From assembly GCA_041498975.1 (NCBI GenBank), contig JBGQJI010000047.1:1-16695 (forward strand): DNA of 16,695 nucleotides, written 5' to 3'. Positions 1 through 8,906 of this stretch are shown in pieces. The stretch comes from Candidatus Methylomirabilis sp. (GTDB lineage: Bacteria; Methylomirabilota; Methylomirabilia; Methylomirabilales; Methylomirabilaceae). Each line of letters begins with the position of its first letter. The stretch's first letter is position 1. The notes under the pieces are model-generated. The model was not told where the DNA came from and made no database searches. It worked only from the letters and a program-made list of their open reading frames with translations. A program made the translations under genes and the position numbers.

Positions 1-320
1 CGCTCCGTCACTTCGGCGGCGAAGGCCTCCCGATCCACGGCCAGCGCCGAGCCGGCCGGGACAGCGTGCGCTCTGGCTGCCGCCATGACAAGCGAGCCAT
101 AGGCGGTGAGCTCCCGTTTCAGCAGGCCGTGACAGTCCTCCGGCGAATCCGACTTGAGCGAGTTGCTGCACACCAGTTCGGCCAGACGGTCGGTCTTGTG
201 GGCGGGTGTTGGAGTCACGGGCCGCATTTCGTACAGCACTGCATGGGCGCCCCGCTCCGCCGCCTGCCAGGCCGCCTCGCTTCCGGCCAGCCCTCCCCCC
301 ACGACCACGATCTCGCTCAC
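1..320 (-). CDS. trmFO: Folate/FAD-dependent tRNA m5U54 methyltransferase TrmFO, 5' part only (truncated by window edge)
   Basis: Not in ORF track. Manual translation from GTG at 320 gives (M)[23 protein letters not shown]...YEMRP...[18 protein letters not shown]...[13 protein letters not shown], which has the FAD-binding GxGxxG and the Trm[10 protein letters not shown] motif. GTGA overlap with the topA stop. Confidence 0.96.
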   Translation of the reverse strand, partial: MSEIVVVGGGLAGSEAAWQAAERGAHAVLYEMRPVTPTPAHKTDRLAELVCSNSLKSDSPEDCHGLLKRELTAYGSLVMAAARAHAVPAGSALAVDREAFAAEVTE

Positions 321-2791
321 GGCTTCACCTTCGCCGCCTCTCCGGCCCGCACGTACCCACACTTGTCAGCCACGCAACGGACCGAGACCCCGCCGCCTTT
401 CAGCCGTTTCTCCACCAGGAAGGCGGCCCCGCACGTGGGGCAGGACTCCGCGACCGGCCGATCCCAGATGGCGAACTCGCATTTGGGATAGGCGGTGCAT
501 CCGTAGAACACGCGGCCCCGTTTCGTCCGCCGCTCCGAGAGCGGGCTCCCACACTGGGGGCAATTGACCCCGATCGGGATCGACTTGAGATTCTTGCATG
601 CCGGGTAGGTGGAGCAAGAGAGGAAGCGACCGTAGCGTCCCTCTCGGATCACCATCGGATTGCCGCACTTCTCGCACACCTCGTCGGTCGGCTGGGGCGC
701 AGGTCGCGCAGAGGCCGCTTCCGTTGTCGAGAGCTTCCGGATCGTCTTGCATTCCGGGTATCCGGAACAGGCAAGGAACGGTCCGAACCGGCCACGCTTC
801 ATCACCATCGGCCGCCCGCAATTCTCGCAAGGCTCTGCCGCGGCCCCTCCCGTCCCGTTGGTTTCTGCCCCGACGCCATTCTCTTCTTTGAGCTCCGGCG
901 GCAATTCACGCGTGCCCTTACATTCCGGATAGTCCGAGCAGGCCAGGAACCGACCGAACCGGCCCCATCGGATCACCATCGGATGACCGCAGCGCTCGCA
1001 GATTTCGTCGGTCTTCTCCTCCATCGCCTTGATATTCCGCATCCCGACTTTCGCTTCGGTCAGCCATCTGGAAAAGGCGCCATAGAATCGATGCATCTCC
1101 TCCAGCCAGTTCTTCTGTCCCTCCTCGATCTCGTCCAGAGTGGTCTCCATCCTGGCCGTGAACTCGTAGTCCATCACCCGCGGGAAACTCTCCACCAGCA
1201 AATCGACCACGATCCCGCCCAGCTCAGTCGGCCGGAACTTGCCCTGCTCCTTTTTCACGTAGTCCCGGTTCTGAATGACGCTCAGGATGCTGGCGTAGGT
1301 GCTGGGGCGGCCGATCCCGAGCTCCTCCAGTTCCTTGACCAAGGTCGCCTCGGTGTAGCGGGGCGGCGGCTGAGTGAAGTGCTGGTCCGGCGTCACGCCG
1401 AGCAGTCGCAATGTCTCCCCGACCTCGAGCGGCGGAAGGGCCGACTCGGCCTCTTCCTCGACGGCGGCCTCCTCGGCCGTCTCGTCCCGTACCTCGTCCG
1501 GCTTGGTCTTCGGCGCCTCGTCCTTTCCCTCGATGTAGACCTGCATGAAGCCCGCGAACCGCTGCACGCGACCGCCGGCCCGGAGCGTAAAGCGGCCCCC
1601 CTGGATCTCGACGGACGTGACATCATAGATGGCTGGCAGCATTTGTGAGGCGATGAATCGGTTCCAGATCAGCGTGTACAGGGCGAGCTGATCCTTCGTC
1701 AGGTGCTCCGGGAGGGACGCCGGATCCCTGTAGATCGAAGTCGGGCGAATGGCCTCGTGAGCTTCCTGTGCGCCCCGCCCGCTCCGGTAAGTCGGCGGCC
1801 TCTCCGGCACGAAGCTCCGCCCGAAGCGCTCGGCGATGTAGCCGGCCGCTTCGGCCTGGGCGTCCGGCGAAACCCGGACCGAGTCGGTCCGCATGTAGGT
1901 GATGAGGCCGACGGCCCCCTCCTCGCCGATCTCGATCCCTTCGTAGAGCTGCTGTGCGATCTGCATCGCCCTTCTGGCGCTGAAGCGAAGCTTCCGGACC
2001 GCCTCCTGCTGAAGCTTGCTGGTCGTGAAGGGCGGCACCGGGTTCCGGCGCTTCTCCTTCCTGGTCAGGTCCGTGACCCGGAATTCCTGCCGCTCCAGCT
2101 CCCGGACGACCCGGTCGGTCTCCTCGCTATTCCCGAGATTCACCCGCTCCCCGTCGATCTTGTAGAGCTTCGCCCCAAAGGGAGGTGGCGTCCGGCCCTC
2201 CAGAGAGGCCTCCACCGACCAGTACTCAGTCTTGACGAAGGCCCTGATCTCCCGCTCGCGATCGACGATGAGGCGGAGAGCCACCGACTGGACCCGGCCA
2301 GCGGAGATGCCTCGCTTGACCTTGTCCCACAGAAGCGGGCTGATCTGATACCCGACCAGGCGATCCAGAATTCTCCTTGCCTGCTGGGCATCGATGCGCC
2401 GCTGGTCGATCGAGGTTGGGTGGGAGAACGCTTCCCGCACCGCCCGCTTGGTGATCTCGTTGAAGGTCACGCGATGGATCGGCTTTTTGGCCGAGGTCAG
2501 CTCGTGAGCGAGGTGCCAGCAGATGGCCTCCCCCTCCCGATCCGGATCGGCGGCGAGATAGATGGCGTCAGCGGTCCTGGCCGCCTTCTTCAGGGCCGAA
2601 ACGACCTTCTCTCTCCCCTCGATGATAGCGTACTGCGGGGCGAAGTCGTGTTCGATGTCAACGGCCAGCGATTTGGTGGGCAAATCGCGAACGTGGCCCA
2701 AGGAGGCCTTCACCACATACTCTTTCCCGAGATATTTGCCGATCGTCTTCGCCTTGGCTGGCGACTCGACGATCACCAATGACTTAGGCAC
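317..2791 (-). CDS. topA: DNA topoisomerase I (type IA) with five C-terminal C4 zinc ribbons
   Basis: [37 protein letters not shown], active-site [19 protein letters not shown]. Start moved from TTG 2812 to GTG 2791, which follows the SD GAAGGAGG at about 2803-2810. Confidence 0.98.
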   Translation of the reverse strand: MPKSLVIVESPAKAKTIGKYLGKEYVVKASLGHVRDLPTKSLAVDIEHDFAPQYAIIEGREKVVSALKKAARTADAIYLAADPDREGEAICWHLAHELTSAKKPIHRVTFNEITKRAVREAFSHPTSIDQRRIDAQQARRILDRLVGYQISPLLWDKVKRGISAGRVQSVALRLIVDREREIRAFVKTEYWSVEASLEGRTPPPFGAKLYKIDGERVNLGNSEETDRVVRELERQEFRVTDLTRKEKRRNPVPPFTTSKLQQEAVRKLRFSARRAMQIAQQLYEGIEIGEEGAVGLITYMRTDSVRVSPDAQAEAAGYIAERFGRSFVPERPPTYRSGRGAQEAHEAIRPTSIYRDPASLPEHLTKDQLALYTLIWNRFIASQMLPAIYDVTSVEIQGGRFTLRAGGRVQRFAGFMQVYIEGKDEAPKTKPDEVRDETAEEAAVEEEAESALPPLEVGETLRLLGVTPDQHFTQPPPRYTEATLVKELEELGIGRPSTYASILSVIQNRDYVKKEQGKFRPTELGGIVVDLLVESFPRVMDYEFTARMETTLDEIEEGQKNWLEEMHRFYGAFSRWLTEAKVGMRNIKAMEEKTDEICERCGHPMVIRWGRFGRFLACSDYPECKGTRELPPELKEENGVGAETNGTGGAAAEPCENCGRPMVMKRGRFGPFLACSGYPECKTIRKLSTTEAASARPAPQPTDEVCEKCGNPMVIREGRYGRFLSCSTYPACKNLKSIPIGVNCPQCGSPLSERRTKRGRVFYGCTAYPKCEFAIWDRPVAESCPTCGAAFLVEKRLKGGGVSVRCVADKCGYVRAGEAAKVKP

Positions 2792-2818
2792 CCTTAATGA
2801 TCCCTCCTTCAAAGAACA

Positions 2819-2946
2819 GGGTATAGGGTCTAGGGTTTAGGGTATAGGGTAAAGTTCAGAGTCCGGCTCCGCGGTTTATTACCCTAAACCCTTTCCCCTA
2901 TACCCTCTACCCTATGCCCTCCACCCTGTACCCTATACCCTAGCCC
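2819..2946. repeat. Heptamer inverted-repeat element A: (GGGN4)x5 arm, 32-nt core, (CCCN4)x10 arm
   Basis: GGG tracts at 2819, 2826, 2833, 2840, 2847. CCC tracts from 2882 to 2946 at about 7-nt period. Fills the dprA-topA gap and overlaps the dprA stop. Confidence 0.93.
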
Positions 2947-4072
2947 TGAATGGCCGCAGCCGCCTGGCAAAGTGCTTTCCCGGCAGCTCTTCGATCACGC
3001 CCTTCAACATCAAAGAGAGGAGCAGAGAGGCCATCTGTCCCGGCGGAACCCGAGTCCGGCCGATCAGGTCATCGATCTGCACAGGCCCGGCCTCCAGCGC
3101 GTCAACAACCAGGGCCTCTTCCTGTTCGAGGGGAGGAATCGCTGCTGCGCCGCGAATCCCGACCTGAGATGGCGGGCCGAGCTGGGCCTCGATCTCCTCC
3201 CAAATATCTTCCCACCCTTCCGTCAACTTCGCACCCGCCTTGATGAGTTGGTGGCACCCGCGACTCGATCGCGCTGTCACCTGACCCGGGACGGCGAACA
3301 CCTCCCGACCCTGCTCAAGGGCGTAGTTCGCGGTGATCATGGCGCCGCTCTCGGCTCCGGCCTCGACGACCAGCACGCCGAGCGTCAGTCCACTGATGAT
3401 CCGGTTACGGCGCGGGAAGTGGTCGGGCTTGGGCGGCGCGAAGACGGGAAACTCGCTGAGCACCCCTCCGTTTGCAGCGATCTGCTCGGAGAGCTCCGTG
3501 TGTTCCGGTGGATAGGTCACACCCAGCCCGCATCCCAGCACCGCGATCGTCCGGCCGCCAGCTTCCAGGGCCCCTCGATGCGCTGCCGCATCGATCCCAC
3601 GGGCCATCCCACTCACAATCGTCACCCCTCGCTGCGCCAGGTCTGCGCTCATCCGCTCGGCCACCGCGATCCCGTACGAGGTCGCTTTCCTGGATCCGAC
3701 GATGGCGATGGCCACCCGATCCTCCGGTCGAATCGTTCCGCGCAGATAGAGGAATGGCGGCGGGGCGTAGATCGCTGCCAGCGGCTCCGGGAATCCCTCG
3801 TCACCCAATCGTACCAGGCTGAAACCCCTCGTCTCGATGACCCTCAGCTCCCGTTCGAGGGCCTTCCGCCAGGGAAAACCGACCACGGCTCGAGCCGCCT
3901 CACCGCTCACGCCGGGAATCTGTTCGAGCGCCTCCAGCGAGGCCATCAGAACCGCCTCGGCCGACCCGAGCCCCTTCACCAAGCGGTGAAACGTCGCTGC
4001 CCCAATTTCCGGGATCAGCCCGAGCGCCAGCCAGGCATTGCGCTCATCAAGCCGCTGCTCGGTCGCGCACAT
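2933..4072 (-). CDS. dprA: DNA-processing protein DprA (Smf)
   Basis: IAIVGSRKAT, IVSGMARGIDAAAHRGAL, FPRRNRIISG, GREVFAVPG motifs; C-terminal winged helix; classic dprA-topA-trmFO synteny. Confidence 0.96.
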   Translation of the reverse strand: MCATEQRLDERNAWLALGLIPEIGAATFHRLVKGLGSAEAVLMASLEALEQIPGVSGEAARAVVGFPWRKALERELRVIETRGFSLVRLGDEGFPEPLAAIYAPPPFLYLRGTIRPEDRVAIAIVGSRKATSYGIAVAERMSADLAQRGVTIVSGMARGIDAAAHRGALEAGGRTIAVLGCGLGVTYPPEHTELSEQIAANGGVLSEFPVFAPPKPDHFPRRNRIISGLTLGVLVVEAGAESGAMITANYALEQGREVFAVPGQVTARSSRGCHQLIKAGAKLTEGWEDIWEEIEAQLGPPSQVGIRGAAAIPPLEQEEALVVDALEAGPVQIDDLIGRTRVPPGQMASLLLSLMLKGVIEELPGKHFARRLRPFRARV

Positions 4073-4133
4073 GACACGAACCTACTCCCTTGTAACGCCC
4101 AGGTCGCCACGATGGATGCCGACGGGAATGGTT

Positions 4134-4191
4134 GGCCCTTCGACTAGGCTCAGGACAGGCCCTTCGACTGGGCTCAGGGCTCAGCACAGGC
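4134..4191. repeat. Tandem pair of ~24-bp REP-like units GGCCCTTCGACTRGGCTCAGG
   Basis: GGCCCTTCGACTAGGCTCAGGACA at 4134-4157, then GGCCCTTCGACTGGGCTCAGGGCTCAGCACAGGC at 4158-4191 (second copy has an internal GGCTCAG duplication). Confidence 0.8.
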
Positions 4192-4330
4192 TTCGGCTCA
4201 TGGAATCGGCAACCAGACGGGGTGACCAGTTAACAGGATCGAACGAAGCCTTGGGACCGCCGGCGGCTAAATAGCCAGAGGCAAGATGGAGAAGAGCGAG
4301 AAGCAGGCCAGCCGGGCGGGGGCGGTGGTG

Positions 4331-5329
4331 TCAGCCCCCCTCGCCCTTCTGCGTGTCGCCGGAACCTCCGCCCAAAATTCTAAGGCTGGGGGCACGCCCG
4401 TCGAGGAGACCGAAGCCATACTCCAGCAGCGTTGCGGCCTCAGTCCACCGATGGAAGTCGTTGAGGAGAACTGCAATCAATTGATGCTCGCCTCGAGTGG
4501 CTGACGCCACCAAGCAGCGGCCCGCCCTCTCTGTATAGCCGGTCTTCACGCCGTCCGCCCCGAGGAACTGCCCGAGAAGCCGGTTGTGGGTTCGGAGGAG
4601 CCTTCGCTTGACCACCCTTCCATTTGGGCCCGTCTGGATGGCGAGCCGCACCTCGCGGGTCTGCACCATGCGGGCAAAGGTGGGATTGCGCAGGGCCTGG
4701 CGGGCAAGCAGAGCGAGGTCATAGGCCGTCGAGAAATGATCGAGAGCATCGAGTCCGTGGGGATTTGCGAAATGTGTTCCCTCCATTCCGAGGGAGATCG
4801 CCTTCGCATTCATTCGGGCGACGAAGCGCTCTTCGGTCCCCCCTACATGCTCGGCCGCTGCCAATGCGGCATCGTTCGCCGACTTGAGCAGGACCGCCCA
4901 CAAGAGGTCTCTCAGCGTGAGTCGCTGGCCCCGCTTCACTCCCAGCCCGGTCCCCCTGACGCCGGCCGCGCGCTCAGAGACCACCACCAGTTCGTCCAGG
5001 CGCCCCTCCTCCAGGATCAGGAGGGCCGTCATGATCTTCGTGGTGCTGGCCGGAGGCCGTTGCTCCCTGTGGTTCCTGCCAAACAGGATGGCGCCCGTGT
5101 CGGCATCCAGCAAGAGGGCCGATGCTGCGCTGAGCTCCTCTGAATCGGTCGCGAACGGCGCAGGGTCGGCGATGGGACCCCGGCGAGGTGAGGGACGACC
5201 CGCCACCGATTCAAGGGAGAGATCCTCTCGCGCCCTCGCGCTCCGTGGCGATCGAGCTCCCGCCGGCAGACCGGTGGCGAAGAGGATACTCAGGATGATC
5301 AGACCGGCCCACCTCTTTCCTCTCCTCAC
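4331..5329 (-). CDS. Serine-type D-alanyl-D-alanine carboxypeptidase (peptidase S11, low-MW PBP)
   Basis: SxxK (PASTTKIMT), SxN (KSANDAA), NPHGL and KTG (GVKTGYT) motifs; N-terminal signal peptide; SD GAGGAGG before GTG 5329. Confidence 0.93.
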   Translation of the reverse strand: MRRGKRWAGLIILSILFATGLPAGARSPRSARAREDLSLESVAGRPSPRRGPIADPAPFATDSEELSAASALLLDADTGAILFGRNHREQRPPASTTKIMTALLILEEGRLDELVVVSERAAGVRGTGLGVKRGQRLTLRDLLWAVLLKSANDAALAAAEHVGGTEERFVARMNAKAISLGMEGTHFANPHGLDALDHFSTAYDLALLARQALRNPTFARMVQTREVRLAIQTGPNGRVVKRRLLRTHNRLLGQFLGADGVKTGYTERAGRCLVASATRGEHQLIAVLLNDFHRWTEAATLLEYGFGLLDGRAPSLRILGGGSGDTQKGEGG

Positions 5330-5343
5330 GGGCCCTCCTCTAG

Positions 5344-5919
5344 CTAGGGTTTGCCGAACAGCTCAGTCTCAACCAACTGACAAAGCACGTGGCCGAGCGT
5401 CGCGTGGACCTCCTGGATCCTGGGTGTGGATCGGGAGGGAACCACGAATGCATAATCTACCAGTCCCGCCAGTTTTCCCCCATCCCCGCCGGTGAACGCC
5501 ATGGTGCACATCTGCACGCTGCTGGCGGCCTCGATCCCCCGAACCACACTGGCGGACCGGCCGCTTGTGCTGATCCCGATGGCGACATCACCGGGGCGCC
5601 CCAAGGCCTCCACCTGGCGCGCAAAAACCTCGGCATAGTCCCGGTCATTGCTAATGCTGGTCACGATCGAGCTATCCGTCGTCAGAGCGATCGCCGGCAG
5701 CGCCGGCCGCTCGAGCAGAAAGCGATTCACCAACTCTGCCGCGATATGCTGCGCATCAGCAGCGCTCCCGCCATTTCCAAAGAGCAACACCTTACCCCCG
5801 GCCCGCAAAACCTCCGTCATGGCTACCGCGGCCCGGACCACCAAGTCCAGGTGGCCCTCATGGAAGGCGAGCATGAGCCTGGCGCTCTCACGAAAGATCG
5901 CCTCGGCGACGTCTCGCAA
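5344..5919 (-). CDS. gmhA: Phosphoheptose (sedoheptulose-7-phosphate) isomerase
   Basis: FGNGGSAADAQHIAAEL, FARQVEALG, GISTSG, PRIQEVH SIS-domain motifs. Likely start is TTG 5919, 6 nt after GGAGG; the ORF track starts at 5943. Confidence 0.95.
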   Translation of the reverse strand: MRDVAEAIFRESARLMLAFHEGHLDLVVRAAVAMTEVLRAGGKVLLFGNGGSAADAQHIAAELVNRFLLERPALPAIALTTDSSIVTSISNDRDYAEVFARQVEALGRPGDVAIGISTSGRSASVVRGIEAASSVQMCTMAFTGGDGGKLAGLVDYAFVVPSRSTPRIQEVHATLGHVLCQLVETELFGKP

Positions 5920-6010
5920 TGGCTGCCTCCACACCGGCGCCATCCGGGCGCCCCCGGGACCGCTGTCCAGCGGCGCGTTTCCCGGCCAGCAGGGTTGTCA
6001 GGCTTGTCGG

Positions 6011-6040
6011 GTTATATACAGCGGGGACTCGAGTTGTCAA
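6011..6040 (-). promoter_or_regulatory. Putative sigma70 promoter for gmhA
   Basis: Minus strand TTGACA (6035-6040), 18-nt spacer, TATAAC (6011-6016) in otherwise GC-rich DNA. Confidence 0.65.
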
Positions 6041-6129
6041 GGGAAAAGTCGAAATGGCCCCACAGGTGGACCAACGCGAGAAGGTGGCGCCTCGGGAGAA
6101 TCAGCTTCCAACAGGCGCTCTACCTGTCC

Positions 6130-7080
6130 TTATCCCTTGGCCTTGGCCTTCGCCTTGACCTTGACGGGGGGCTTCACCCTTGCTCGCTCCCAACTACGCC
6201 ACTCGTATACGATGGGGGAAGCAACGAACCAGGAAGAGTAGGTCCCGACACAGACGCCGGCGATCAGCGCAAGGGAGAAATCGTGGAGCACCTCGCCTCC
6301 CAGCAGGAAGAGGGCGATCAACACCAGGAAAACGGTGAGCGAGGTGACGGCAGTTCGGCTCAGGACCTCGTTGATGCTCATATTGATAACGTCTCCGAGC
6401 GATTCTCGCCGACGACCCCGGAGGTTTTCGCGGATGCGGTCGAAGACCACCACGGTATCAGTCAGCGAATAGCCGGCAAGCGTCAGGAGAGCAGTGACGA
6501 TGAGGAGGGTGATCTCCCGATTTATCACATAGAAGAACCCCAGAACCGCCAGGACGTCGTGGAAAGTGGCGATCGCCGCAGCGACCCCGAACTTGAACTC
6601 GAAGCGCCAGGCGATATAAACGATGATGCCGATCATGGAAATGGTGATGGCCAACAGGGCTGCTCTCTGAAGGTCTTGGCCGATGGCCGGCCCGACCTCG
6701 TTGGTCCCCTCCACGACGAATGGGTTTTCCGACAATCCCTTCGAGAAGCTATCCTGGACCCGCTGCGCCATTCCCGCCTGATTGGCCTCCGCTTTCTTCA
6801 ATCGGATCAGGATTCGGTCCCCACCGGCGAACTGCTGCAGCTCACTGTCCTTCAGGCCATTCGCATCCAGGAGTGCACGGATCTGGCCGAGATCGACCGG
6901 CTTTGTGAATTTCAATTGAACAGAGGTGCCGCCGGCGAAGTCGATCCCCAGATTGGCCGCGCCGCGCCCGATCTGGATGATCGACACGATCCCCAAGAGG
7001 CAAAAGATGGAGGAGACCACGAAAGCGGTCCGCCGCCAGGCGATAAAGTCGATCTTCGTCTTTCCGAGGATCTCAATCAT
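6130..7080 (-). CDS. secF: Protein translocase subunit SecF
   Basis: LGIDFAGGT, VGPAIG, GYSLTDTVVVFDRIREN, GTYSS motifs; directly downstream of secD; SD GGAG. Confidence 0.97.
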   Translation of the reverse strand: MIEILGKTKIDFIAWRRTAFVVSSIFCLLGIVSIIQIGRGAANLGIDFAGGTSVQLKFTKPVDLGQIRALLDANGLKDSELQQFAGGDRILIRLKKAEANQAGMAQRVQDSFSKGLSENPFVVEGTNEVGPAIGQDLQRAALLAITISMIGIIVYIAWRFEFKFGVAAAIATFHDVLAVLGFFYVINREITLLIVTALLTLAGYSLTDTVVVFDRIRENLRGRRRESLGDVINMSINEVLSRTAVTSLTVFLVLIALFLLGGEVLHDFSLALIAGVCVGTYSSWFVASPIVYEWRSWERARVKPPVKVKAKAKAKG

Positions 7081-7092
7081 GGGAACACTCCA

Positions 7093-7201
7093 GGGTATAG
7101 GGTATAGGGGTTAGGGTATAGCGTATAGGGTATAGGGTTAAGAATGCGGGTGTTCTGCTGAACCCTAAACCCTTTCCCTAGACCCTCTACCCTAGACCCT
7201 A
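7093..7201. repeat. Heptamer inverted-repeat element B: GGGN4 arm, 25-nt core, (CCCN4)x6 arm
   Basis: GGG tracts at 7093, 7100, 7107, 7114, (GCG at 7121), 7128, 7135. CCC tracts at 7163, 7170, 7176, 7183, 7190, 7197. Fills the secD-secF gap. Confidence 0.93.
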
Positions 7202-8794
7202 GATACTGAGCGTCTTCAGGTCCCAACGTTGAGTCACCCAACTGTACACCACCCTGGTCCCCGTCAGGGCGGTCACAAGGTTGAAGATCACGCCGAGGCT
7301 CAGTGTGACGGCAAACCCCTTCACCGGGCCGGTCCCGAACAGAAACAGCGCGAACGCGGTGATCAGCGTTGTCACGTGGGAGTCGATGATCGTCAGGAAC
7401 GCTTTGTCATAGCCGGCATCAATGGCGGACCGGACTGTCTTTCCCAATCGGAGCTCTTCGCGGATCCGCTCCAGGATCAGTACGTTCGAGTCCACGGCCA
7501 TTCCGATCCCCAGGATGACTCCCGCGATGCCAGGCAACGTGAGGGTGGCCCTCAGGCTGGCCAAGGCTCCCACCAACCAGACGAGATTCAACAAGAGGGC
7601 GAGATTGGCAATGACCCCGGACAGCTTGTAGTACACCGCCATGAAGAGAATGACGAGGGCGCCCCCGAGGAGCGCGGCCCGCACCCCTTTCTCGATCGAG
7701 TCCTGCCCCAACGACGGGCCGACCGTCAGGTTCGAAATGATGTTGACAGGCGCGGGAAGCGCACCAGCGCGCAGCACGATCGCCAGATCCCTGGCGTCCT
7801 CCGGTGTGAACCTGCCCGAGATCTGAGCCTTCCCCCCGGAAATCTTCTCCCTGATCACCGGCGCCGAATAGATCGTATCATCCAGGACGATGGCGAGCCG
7901 TCGCCCGACGTTGGCCGCCGTCGCCTCGCCGAAGATTCGGGCCCCCTCCCGATTGAACTCAATGGAGACCACGGGCTCGTTTGTCTGACTGTCGATCTGG
8001 ACTTGGGCCGAGGTGAGAAGGTCCCCCGCCAGAATGGGCCGCTTCTGCACCAAGAAGGGGGTCCTGGTCGCGCCTCCCCGCTCGTCCACGTGGCGCTGGT
8101 AGAGAATTTCGTCCCCTTCCGGGACCTTCCCAGCCAGTGCTTCCTGAACATTCGCACCCTCTACCACCATCTTGAACTCGAGGAGGGCGGTCTTGCCGAT
8201 CAGGTTGATCGCCCGCTGCGGCTCCTTGATGCCAGGGAGCTGGATCACGATCCGACGATCCCCTTCCTGGATGATGTGGGGTTCCGCCACGCCGAACTGG
8301 TCCACCCGGTTTCGGATCGTCTCCAGGCTTTGTCGGACAGCGAGATCCTCGATGCGTTTCACTTCCCGCGAGCTGAGGCTGAGGATCAGCTCGAGCGGTT
8401 CGGACCCGCCGGACTGCTGAAGGTTGCTGTAGTTTTTCAGAAGCTTGCGTATTCCCTCGATGCCTTCCTTCGTCTGAAGTCTGATCCGCATCCGATCGTT
8501 CCCCTCGCGGGCGACCCGTTCGATCGGGATCTTCTCCTTTTCGGCGTCGCGGCGCAATTCGGCGACCAGCCGGTCAACGGTGTTTTCGACCGCTTTCTCG
8601 GTGGCCACCTCGAGAACCAGGTGCATCCCTCCCTGGAGGTCCAGCCCGAGATTGAGCCGTTCGGCTCTGGGAAGCAACGGCGGAAACACCGAGGGGAGCG
8701 ACGAACGCCCAGACACGGTGGGGAAGAGGTAGTAACCCGCCACCGCCGTCACGATGAGCAGGAAGAGCAGCTTCCACTTAATGGTTTTCTTCAT
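7199..8794 (-). CDS. secD: Protein translocase subunit SecD
   Basis: LGLDLQGG, IRNRVDQFGVAEP, LRAGALPAP, VGPSLG, TLTLPGIAG, GMAVDSNVLILERIREE, GPVKGFAVTL motifs. Confidence 0.98.
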   Translation of the reverse strand: MKKTIKWKLLFLLIVTAVAGYYLFPTVSGRSSLPSVFPPLLPRAERLNLGLDLQGGMHLVLEVATEKAVENTVDRLVAELRRDAEKEKIPIERVAREGNDRMRIRLQTKEGIEGIRKLLKNYSNLQQSGGSEPLELILSLSSREVKRIEDLAVRQSLETIRNRVDQFGVAEPHIIQEGDRRIVIQLPGIKEPQRAINLIGKTALLEFKMVVEGANVQEALAGKVPEGDEILYQRHVDERGGATRTPFLVQKRPILAGDLLTSAQVQIDSQTNEPVVSIEFNREGARIFGEATAANVGRRLAIVLDDTIYSAPVIREKISGGKAQISGRFTPEDARDLAIVLRAGALPAPVNIISNLTVGPSLGQDSIEKGVRAALLGGALVILFMAVYYKLSGVIANLALLLNLVWLVGALASLRATLTLPGIAGVILGIGMAVDSNVLILERIREELRLGKTVRSAIDAGYDKAFLTIIDSHVTTLITAFALFLFGTGPVKGFAVTLSLGVIFNLVTALTGTRVVYSWVTQRWDLKTLSI

Positions 8795-8854
8795 GAGACC
8801 TTCCCAACGTATCCGAATCTCGGAGGTTGTCGCTCACGGAAAATCAAGGTCGGG

Positions 8855-8883
8855 AGTATACTGGAAGGGTGTGAAAAAAGCAA
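8855..8883 (-). promoter_or_regulatory. Putative sigma70 promoter for secDF
   Basis: Minus strand TTGCTT (8878-8883), 17-nt spacer, TATACT (8855-8860). Confidence 0.65.
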
Positions 8884-8906
8884 CGGAAAAGTTCGGTGGC
8901 CCGGGC

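Noticed and set aside
2819..2946. Eukaryotic telomere contamination or chromosome end (TTTAGGG/CCCTAAA units)
   Set aside because: Units are degenerate, short, inverted and embedded seamlessly between intact bacterial operon genes, even supplying stop codons.
5340..5352. CTAGCTAGGGTTT at the gmhA stop resembling the heptamer element
   Set aside because: A single unit explained by the codons AAA CCC TAG; no arm or partner.
6134..6164. CCTTGG/CCTTGA hexamer run
   Set aside because: Simply encodes the Lys-rich SecF tail VKVKAKAKAKG.
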